Assembly: GCA_043816005.1 (NCBI GenBank)
Contig: JBDRIM010000041.1
Location: 3,326-67,325, forward strand
Reading direction: 5' to 3'
From: Candidatus Micrarchaeota archaeon
Lineage (GTDB): Archaea > Micrarchaeota > Micrarchaeia > Anstonellales > Bilamarchaeaceae
DNA length: 64,000 bases
Both the position numbers and the translations under genes were made by a program. The number at the start of each line of letters is the position of its first letter. The stretch's first letter is position 1. The notes under the pieces are model-generated. The model saw only the letters and a program-made list of their open reading frames with translations. It was not told the DNA's origin and did no database searches. This document shows, one piece after another, positions 47,011 through 53,700 of this stretch.

Positions 47011-48249
47011 ATGACCTCAGGCCAGAGCTTAAATACAACCTACCTCAGAACCCCACACATGAACGAGTATACCATATACAAGCACCAGACGAATATGGTC
47101 CAGGAGTTAAAGCGCCTGGCAAGGGACGATTTGCCAGAGCCAACCAAGAAGAAAATAGAAGAATTCGGAAAGATCAGGTTGGCAAGGGGCACCACAAAGT
47201 TAAGGATAGTTAAATGCATGTGGTGTCTAAGATCACTTGCCAAATGGCTTGGAAAGGATTTTTCCGACGCTACAAAAGAAGATTTGCTTAACCTTGTAAC
47301 TGCGCTTGACCTAAAAGATTATGCTGAACACACGAAATACGACTTCAAAATAGTTCTCAAATTATTTTACAAATGGCTGCTTGGGAATGATGAAGAATTT
47401 CCAGCAGTAATCAAATGGCTTAAGCCCAGAATGAAGAGTCAGAAACATAAACTACCCGAAGAGCTCTTAACGGTTGAAGAAGTCCAAAAACTGGCAAATA
47501 CAACTACAAACGCTCGAGATAAGGCTATTATTTTGATTTTATACGAGTCTGGTTGCCGCATAGGTGAATTGCTTTACCTCAAGCTGAAGAACGTTTATTT
47601 TGACAATTACGGCGCTGTTTTACGCGTTTCTGGCAAGACCGGAGATAGACGAGTTAGGATAATAGCCTCGGTACAAGTGCTAACCCAATGGCTCCAAGAG
47701 CATCCTGATAAGGACAATCCAGATGCACCACTTTGGCCTGCAAGGATGAAAAGATACAAACCTGAACCTTTTGCTTATGCTTCGCTTTTGATTATGCTGA
47801 AATGCATTGCAGTTGCTTGTGGCATTAGAAAAAGAATCTACCCCCATCTTTTCAGGCATAGCAGAGCTACTGCCTTAGCAAATAATCTTACTGAAGCCCA
47901 GCTCAAGGAATATTTTGGTTGGACTCAGGGCTCGGATATGGCGGCTACTTATGTACATTTATCAGGCAGAGACGTTGATACAGCGTTGTTGGCAATGTAT
48001 TCTTTAGCGGATAAACCAGTTCAAAGAGAAACAAAACTTGATATCAAAATTTGCTCCCGCTGCAAAGAAAAGAATTCTCCAACACAATCATTTTGTGGAA
48101 AATGTGGCAATCCATTTGATGACAGACTTTTATTTGACCCCAACAAGAAGCCAAACGAACTCATGAACATTTTAATCGAAGATGAAGAAGTCAAAACTTT
48201 GTTATTGAGGAAAATTACGGAAAAAGGCCTACAGAATTATTTAGGGTGA
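47011..48249 (+). CDS. Tyrosine recombinase/integrase with C-terminal zinc ribbon
   Basis: ARDKAIILILYESGCRIGEL (catalytic Arg region), HLFRHSRAT (HxxR), AATYVHLS (Tyr). C-terminal CSRCKEKN...CGKCGNPF. Confidence 0.85.
   Translation: MTSGQSLNTTYLRTPHMNEYTIYKHQTNMVQELKRLARDDLPEPTKKKIEEFGKIRLARGTTKLRIVKCMWCLRSLAKWLGKDFSDATKEDLLNLVTALDLKDYAEHTKYDFKIVLKLFYKWLLGNDEEFPAVIKWLKPRMKSQKHKLPEELLTVEEVQKLANTTTNARDKAIILILYESGCRIGELLYLKLKNVYFDNYGAVLRVSGKTGDRRVRIIASVQVLTQWLQEHPDKDNPDAPLWPARMKRYKPEPFAYASLLIMLKCIAVACGIRKRIYPHLFRHSRATALANNLTEAQLKEYFGWTQGSDMAATYVHLSGRDVDTALLAMYSLADKPVQRETKLDIKICSRCKEKNSPTQSFCGKCGNPFDDRLLFDPNKKPNELMNILIEDEEVKTLLLRKITEKGLQNYLG
47014..47052. repeat. Left arm of a 39-bp inverted repeat (5' end of the integrase gene)
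   Basis: Reverse complement matches 52973-53011 at 35 of 39 positions, with a 22-nt perfect core acctcaggccagagcttaaata. Confidence 0.85.
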
Positions 48250-48268
48250 TTAGATAGACTGGTGGAAA

Positions 48269-48826
48269 TTGGCTGAATATCTTATTGGCGGAGCTGCCAT
48301 TATTGTTTTTGGCACAATTTTGGCAGTAATTGCCACGCCTTTTGTAATTGGCTACTTTATCACGATAGGACTTTGGAATCTTTACGATTGGATTCACGAG
48401 AAATTCCCAAAAAAGAAAATGGAGATGAGAAAAATGTCAGCTGCTGAAATAAAGGAATTGGAGGAAACGAAGCAAAAAATTAAGGAGGATGAACGCAAGG
48501 AAAAGGCAAGTTTATTGCTGGAATTTGAAGAACTGGCAAAGAAAAAAGAGGAACTGAAAAAAGACATTGACAAACAAACTGAAATGCTTGAAAAAATGGT
48601 TAAAGTTGTTCGAATTGCAACCTATGCTGACCCCTTCAGCCATGGCTATGATATGCGCCATACAACCAATACCCTTGCCAACTTCAATATAAGCGATATA
48701 GATAACTATGAACGCCTAAAATCAAAAGCACTTGAATACGAACGTCTGACCTTCAGGATGTTCACTATCAACCAAAAATTGAAGCTGCTGGGCCTTGATT
48801 ACCGTGTGAGGGGTCCTTATGCTTGA
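48269..48826 (+). CDS. Hypothetical protein, N-terminal TM plus Lys/Glu coiled coil (element cargo)
   Basis: Hydrophobic N-terminus and charged heptad-like middle. TTG start as listed. Confidence 0.35.
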   Translation: MAEYLIGGAAIIVFGTILAVIATPFVIGYFITIGLWNLYDWIHEKFPKKKMEMRKMSAAEIKELEETKQKIKEDERKEKASLLLEFEELAKKKEELKKDIDKQTEMLEKMVKVVRIATYADPFSHGYDMRHTTNTLANFNISDIDNYERLKSKALEYERLTFRMFTINQKLKLLGLDYRVRGPYA

Positions 48827-49676
48827 TGACAAAATACCTATTTGGCTGGCAAGGTACATCGAAGAACTTGCTGCCACGCACAGAGCAGAAGAAAATATCA
48901 AATTAATGCAAATCAAGGCAAGTGAAGGGGAGCGTAGGGAAAAATATCAGGAAGAACTCCAAAAACTAAAGGAGATGCATAAAAAAGAAATAGACAGGGA
49001 ATTGACTAAGTTAGACCGATTCTATGAAATCCTTGCCACAACAGGTAAAACCTATCGTGAAGCCGAGGCCGAGATTTATCATAATGAGGATTTTTACAAA
49101 GCGTATGAAAGAAGATTGGCAGAAGAAGAAAAAAGAAAAGAAGAAGCAAGGCATTACATGAGGGTTCCAGAGGAAAAGGAACCTAAGCACAGGACGCCTA
49201 CCATCAGGCAGCCAGCGCTTAATTTATACCTTGAAAAAAACGTGAATGTCAAAGACATGGATATATTGCTTAACAACAAATTCAAACGCATAAAAATAAG
49301 TCCGTTTGGTGATACTGGAGCGGCTTATTATTGGATCAAAACTCGTTATAACGAAGGAAAGGAACACGCTTTCTTTTGTTATTTGATAGAATCTGAATTG
49401 AAAAAGCATATCAGAAAAATAAGATTGAATGTCAACAATGGTCCAGATGTGGAGTTTGAATATAACAAGAAGAAATATTGCTTTGATGTTGAGACTGGCA
49501 AGAAACTTGAACGCAGCAAGGTTTCAGTTGACTGGAAATATTCCAAATACAAAAAGGAATATGATCAGATTTTCATTCTGGTAACCAGGAAATCCTTGAA
49601 GTACAAATATACTCGATATGGTACGGTATTAACCAGAGGCAAGCTAAAAGATACTATTTCTACTATATTCGCTTAG
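48819..49676 (+). CDS. Hypothetical protein, coiled-coil N-terminus and possible nuclease-like C-terminal domain (weak)
   Basis: The C-terminal block EHAFFCYLIE...GPDVEF...FDVETGKK vaguely recalls PD-(D/E)xK cores. Overlaps the upstream ORF by 8 nt. Confidence 0.3.
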   Translation: MLDDKIPIWLARYIEELAATHRAEENIKLMQIKASEGERREKYQEELQKLKEMHKKEIDRELTKLDRFYEILATTGKTYREAEAEIYHNEDFYKAYERRLAEEEKRKEEARHYMRVPEEKEPKHRTPTIRQPALNLYLEKNVNVKDMDILLNNKFKRIKISPFGDTGAAYYWIKTRYNEGKEHAFFCYLIESELKKHIRKIRLNVNNGPDVEFEYNKKKYCFDVETGKKLERSKVSVDWKYSKYKKEYDQIFILVTRKSLKYKYTRYGTVLTRGKLKDTISTIFA

Positions 49677-49690
49677 GCGTTCTCTCGCTA

Positions 49691-49716
49691 CTATATATCT
49701 ATATATAGATATATAG
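49691..49716. repeat. Perfect 26-bp AT-rich palindrome between convergent genes
   Basis: ctatatatctatatatagatatatag equals its own reverse complement. Confidence 0.9.
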
Positions 49717-49834
49717 GGAGGTCGTTAGGGGTTAGTGATTTTGGTAGTTTATCGAAGTGAAAACTACCGGAAATCAACTTTAATTAGGGGTAGGTAAATC
49801 TTACTCCTAAAATTTAGGGGTGAGTGAAAATGAG

Positions 49835-50979
49835 TCAACAAACTTTGTTATGATCTTCACTGCCAAACAATTCGTTGAATCTAGCGGCCACCCTTTTCCT
49901 GAACTTGTAGGAATTCGCAAATTCGGCATATGCAAGCCAGCCTTCCAAGCTTTGAACGATTTCTTTTCTGCTCATTTCACCCTTATCATATCTCATTTTG
50001 AATTTATCCAAGCGTTTCCATATCCTTCTCGCGTTGCTTTTCTTCAATAATCTGTATTTTGTGAATATTCTGAAACCGAGAAAAGTTATCCCTCTTCGTA
50101 ATGGTATAATCCTTGTTTTTTCAGGGTGAAGTTCAATTTTCAAGTTCTCTCTCAGAAAGATATCTATTTCATGTTCCCAGTTTTCCAATACTCTTTTATC
50201 ATTATGCAGAATAACGAAATCATCCACATAACGGATATAATATTCGGCGTTCAATTCGTGTTTTACGAAATAATCGAGTTCATTGAGATAGAAATTGGCG
50301 AAAAATTGCGAGGTCAAATTACCTAACGGCATTCCCCTACCAACAACTTCTATTTTATGATTTTTCAATATGGTTTCAATTAGCCACATAACTTTTTCGT
50401 CTTTGATTTTTACTCTGATCAACCTAAGTAAAATTTCATGATTTACAGTTTCAAAATAGTGTTTTATATCTGCCTTGAAGATATAACCGATGATGGCATT
50501 ATTGTCCAAATTCGTTCTCCCCCCCCCATTTCGGCATTGGAATGGTTGGTGGAGACTGCCCTCAAGAACTTTTCAAACCGTTTTATCGCCGGATGGGTTC
50601 CCTTGCCTTTTCTGTTGGCGAATGAATCGAAAATGAAGCTACTGCCTAGAATTGATGAAATGACATTGCACAACGCATGATGGATAACTCGGTCTCTGAA
50701 ATCAGATGCACCAATTTTCCTCGTCTTTGGATCTTTCACAATGAACATCGTGATAGGTCTTGGCCTGTAGGTAAAAGTTTGAAGTTCAAACTGCAGATCA
50801 CGAAGATTTTGCTTCAGATCGGCTTCAAAATCTATCACGTAATCCTTCAACGTTTTTCCCTTTCTTGCGTTAAGGAAAGCAAGCTCGAGGTTTTCATAGG
50901 ACGTGAGTTGTTCGTATAAATCGTTATACCATCGCATACAATATGAAGAAGATGAGAAATAGAGATAAAACCCAAGCAT
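49835..50979 (-). CDS. DGR-type reverse transcriptase, split into two listed ORFs by a frameshift in a G-run
   Basis: N-terminal YENLELAFLNARKGK, motif 4 PLGNLTSQFFANFYLNELD (the DGR-typical xGNxxSQ), catalytic YIRYVDDFVIL. The frames join if the run at 50519-50527 gains one G. The likely start is MRWYNDLY at 50937. Confidence 0.85.
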
Positions 50980-50997
50980 TGTAGGTTAAAGTCATTT

Positions 50998-51081
50998 CCG
51001 AATCATTGGACCAGTTGTCATTGGCATTGACGTTACGCCGGTTGTCGTTGTTGAAGTTGTTGCCACGGCCAAGAGGACCGC
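50998..51081 (-). repeat. DGR template repeat (TR)
   Basis: 84 nt homologous to 51582-51665. Coding-strand reading is rich in AAC/AAT codons (GGPLGRGNNFNNDNRRNVNANDNWSNDS). Ends 19-60 nt upstream of the RT start. Confidence 0.85.
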
Positions 51082-51324
51082 CCAATGTAACCCGCTTACT
51101 CAAATGGTACTTGCGTACCTCACCGTAACTTCAGGTTTCGCAAAAGAACGAACTACTAACTGTCGTTACTGAATTTCATAGCCGATAATCAGATGATTAC
51201 AGGCACTATAAGCGAGTGTGTGGCCCTAACCTACAAACCATGAACTATTCGTTCATGATTAGCCAATAAATTGGCCAAAGCTAGGGATATTAATTAGAAA
51301 TAGAAAATTAAAAAATGAAAGGGA

Positions 51325-51996
51325 TTATGCTTTTGGCTGAATTGATTCTATTTTTCCTGCCAGTTCTCTTAGGAACGCAGCCTCATCTAGGATTGGCTTA
51401 ATTAAACTGGCATGCGCATCTACGCTAAGCACTGCACCGAGGCGTTCTGTTAGTCCTTTTGCTACAGTTTCTAATAGTTCCGCTCTTTGTACTAGTGTTT
51501 TTGGGTTTGCAACATCAACCAACTTTTCTTCAGGTACTCCTACCCGCGGCGCGGTCGCTTCGCGACCAATTAACGCCACCCCCGAATCATTGGACCAGTA
51601 GACATTGGCATTGACGTCACGCCGGTTGTCGACGTTGAAGCCGAGGCCACGGCCAAGAGGACCGCTAAAGCTTCGATCTTGATAACGATATAAATAGAGT
51701 GCGTCTGGATTATCGCGATTGCTTGCTTTGCCATTCGGAATAGCAAACGGATTACCATCTGGCACGTACCAACCATCTTTAAGAGGCAAATCTATGCTGA
51801 CTTCAGCTTCGCCTTCATTATGGGCTTTCGCCTTTGTCGCACCTCGTTCGTAGATGAGCAACGTAGCTGTTCTGGCTGGTAAGAATCCTCTTACATTTTC
51901 CCAATCAGTACGAATTGCTTCACTAAGCACGGCATGAATCATCATCCTTCTCGGATCGGTTGTTTTTTCATACTTCGGAACGGTTACAGGACCCAT
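51325..51996 (-). CDS. DGR variable (target) protein
   Basis: Contains the VR at aa ~111-139. SD gaggtg upstream of the ATG at 51996. No signal peptide or TM visible. Confidence 0.8.
   Translation of the reverse strand: MGPVTVPKYEKTTDPRRMMIHAVLSEAIRTDWENVRGFLPARTATLLIYERGATKAKAHNEGEAEVSIDLPLKDGWYVPDGNPFAIPNGKASNRDNPDALYLYRYQDRSFSGPLGRGLGFNVDNRRDVNANVYWSNDSGVALIGREATAPRVGVPEEKLVDVANPKTLVQRAELLETVAKGLTERLGAVLSVDAHASLIKPILDEAAFLRELAGKIESIQPKA
51582..51665 (-). repeat. DGR variable repeat (VR)
   Basis: 75 of 84 positions identical to the TR. All 9 differences (51600, 51602, 51618, 51632, 51633, 51641, 51642, 51644, 51645) correspond to TR adenines on the coding strand. Confidence 0.85.
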
Positions 51997-52190
51997 AGAT
52001 ACACCTCATAAACTTATTTGAATTGTATTGATTTTAATATAATATTATAGACCCAATATCCTTAAAAAGCTATCATTTACAACAATTAGAAACTAAGAAC
52101 GCCTATAGTAGATGTTTGGGACTAGATCCTATCAACCCCAAAAGTAAAGGCTTATATATTTATCAGGTTATATCTATATCAGGTGGTATT

Positions 52191-52460
52191 ATGGGAGCAG
52201 TACAAATACAGATGGTTCATTCTCCAACGCTTAAAACAGTTATGGCAATCGAAGAAGTTATCAAAAATTCTGATATGGCAATAAGTCGGAACAAAATATT
52301 AAGTAATTTACCAACCGCAGTAATGCGCTCAACCTTGAATACTGCATTAGATTATTTGGAGAAAAAGGGAATTATACTGGAAACTAAAAAAGGATTTGTA
52401 TGGACTTTTAATCCAAGTAAGAAACTAGCCAGGGCTGAAGAAGACGGATTAGAGGTTTGA
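52191..52460 (+). CDS. Small winged-helix-like DNA-binding protein, candidate antitoxin
   Basis: About 89 aa from the ATG at 52191 (SD ggtggt). Its stop overlaps the start of the downstream toxin-like ORF by 4 nt. Confidence 0.4.
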   Translation: MGAVQIQMVHSPTLKTVMAIEEVIKNSDMAISRNKILSNLPTAVMRSTLNTALDYLEKKGIILETKKGFVWTFNPSKKLARAEEDGLEV

Positions 52461-52861
52461 TTATGGTAAAGAAGGCAGTAACCATAAAGCTTCTGGGTGA
52501 AGCCAAAGAGGAATATTTGAAACTGCAGGAAACAGTCAGGCAAGAGATAGAAAAAGATATTACCACGTCATTCCATCAGACACTTCTACGTTCCATTGAT
52601 TCGAAAATCGCCCTTCTTAAGGCTAATTATTCCTATGGAATCCAGATACCAAGAAAGCAGATTCCACGAACCTATTTGGAGAATTATGAAGTTACTAATT
52701 TATGGAAGGTTGACCTTTCGGGTTATTGGCGTCTTATTTATACGCTAAAACAGCCTCAACGAGAGGAAACAGAAATAGATATCATAACAATATGGCTTGA
52801 TGTTCTTGATATTTTGGATCATCCGACCTATGATAAAAGGTTTGGATATCGAAAAAGGTAG
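52457..52861 (+). CDS. RelE/ParE-like toxin-fold protein with N-terminal extension
   Basis: The C-terminal pattern NLWKVDLSGYWRLIYTL...IITIWLDVLDILDHPTYDKRF resembles the RelE/ParE core (L.g.yRliY...v.il.i..H..Y). Confidence 0.4.
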   Translation: MIMVKKAVTIKLLGEAKEEYLKLQETVRQEIEKDITTSFHQTLLRSIDSKIALLKANYSYGIQIPRKQIPRTYLENYEVTNLWKVDLSGYWRLIYTLKQPQREETEIDIITIWLDVLDILDHPTYDKRFGYRKR

Positions 52862-52890
52862 TTGAAGACTCTAGATTCATTCTTGAGTTT

Positions 52891-52901
52891 TGCTCCCTGC
52901 A
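52891..52901 (+). repeat. Candidate attR core
   Basis: tgctccctgca is identical to the tRNA 3' end at 46853-46863, in direct orientation. Confidence 0.45.
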
Positions 52902-52972
52902 CTTTCTTTTCCTCTGAGTTCTTCAGCCACCATGTCGAAATTATCGCCATGAACTTTCCTTCCGTCAAGGGA

Positions 52973-53011
52973 GGTTCTGATGTAAGATCTATTTAAGCTC
53001 TGGCCTGAGGT
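52973..53011. repeat. Right arm of the 39-bp inverted repeat
   Basis: See 47014-47052. Confidence 0.85.
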
Positions 53012-53084
53012 AAGTTAGACGATGTCATGGTCGACGAATCGACCATGAGCATGCTCGTAATCGATGCGTCGATTACGACATTGT

Positions 53085-53265
53085 CTAGGTCGAGGCAAAC
53101 AATTCGTTGAATCTAGCAACAACCCGTTTTCTGAATTTGTAGGAGTTGGCAAACTCCGCGTAAGCCAGCCAACCTTCCAAGCTTCGTACGACTTCAGCTC
53201 GTGCCATTTCTCCTTTATCACATTTCAGCTTAAACTTTTCAAGGCGTTTCCAGATTCTTCTTGCA
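53085..53265 (-). pseudogene. 5'-truncated remnant of a second DGR-type RT gene (C-terminal ~60 codons)
   Basis: Translates ARRIWKRLEKFKLKCDKGEMARAEVVRSLEGWLAYAEFANSYKFRKRVVARFNELFAST*, compared with ARRIWKRLDKFKMRYDKGEMSRKEIVQSLEGWLAYAEFANSYKFRKRVAARFNELFG in the intact RT. Homology stops abruptly at a T-run near 53265. Confidence 0.75.
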
Positions 53266-53289
53266 TTTTTTTTAAAAAAATAAAAAAGA

Positions 53290-53670
53290 TTATTCTCTTC
53301 TAGTTAAAAATGCACCAATAGAAATTGCACCTAGAAGAAACGCTGGAGCACAGCAATTGGAGGTTGATTGAGTAATTGGAGGAGTGACTGGGGGGGTTAT
53401 TGGTGGAGTGATTGGATCTTGGATAGTGTCCATACAATCCATATAATTAGTAAAACATGTTGGACAATGTTGATCCATTAAATCGTATACTTCATCGTCA
53501 GTATAAGAACTATCAATCATACAATCGTCTTCAACATCAGACCATGTACCACCCATGCTTGGACAACATGATATTGCACACGGACGTGTTTGATCCCAAC
53601 AATCCTCTGCAGTTACAGCAAATGTAATTCCAGCAACTAAAAGCAGTAGCAATGGATAAATTAATTTCAT
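53290..53670 (-). CDS. Small Cys-rich secreted protein with Pro/Thr repeat and C-terminal membrane anchor
   Basis: Signal peptide (LLLLLVAGITFAV), about 14 Cys, PITPPITPPVTPPIT linker, terminal hydrophobic helix followed by RRE. Confidence 0.5.
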   Translation of the reverse strand: MKLIYPLLLLLVAGITFAVTAEDCWDQTRPCAISCCPSMGGTWSDVEDDCMIDSSYTDDEVYDLMDQHCPTCFTNYMDCMDTIQDPITPPITPPVTPPITQSTSNCCAPAFLLGAISIGAFLTRRE

Positions 53671-53700
53671 ATTACCACGGTTTTGTATTTCAGGTGAGAT

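Larger units (their letters stand above)
46853..52901. mobile_element. Integrated element at the tRNA 3' end carrying integrase, DGR and a TA-like pair
   Basis: The integrase gene starts 150 nt after the tRNA. An 11-nt direct repeat of the tRNA 3' end occurs at both borders. Cargo consists of ORFans, a retroelement and an addiction-module-like pair. Composition looks less AT-rich than the flanks. Confidence 0.5.
52880..53013 (-). pseudogene. Fragment homologous to the integrase N-terminus (no start codon, early stop)
   Basis: Translates TSGQSLNRSYIRTS...DMVAEELRGKESAGSKTQE*, compared with TSGQSLNTTYLRTP...NMVQELKRLARD in the intact integrase. Reads through the 52891-52901 att-like repeat (gcagggagca). 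Confidence 0.6.

Noticed and set aside
49725-49827. TTAGGGG repeats as telomere-like sequence
   Set aside because: There are only three dispersed copies, embedded in a longer 14-nt consensus inside a circular-type integrated element. An iteron or binding-site interpretation is more plausible.
51082-51324. Avd-type accessory gene between the DGR target and the TR
   Set aside because: Manual translation of the minus strand gives only very short ORFs (for example MKFSNDS*). The region is filled with hairpins instead.
53015-53221. Listed 68-aa minus-strand ORF as the RT-fragment reading frame
   Set aside because: The homology to the intact RT is in a different frame (ARRIWKRLEKF...NELFAST*, stop at 53085-53087). 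The listed ORF is a by-product.
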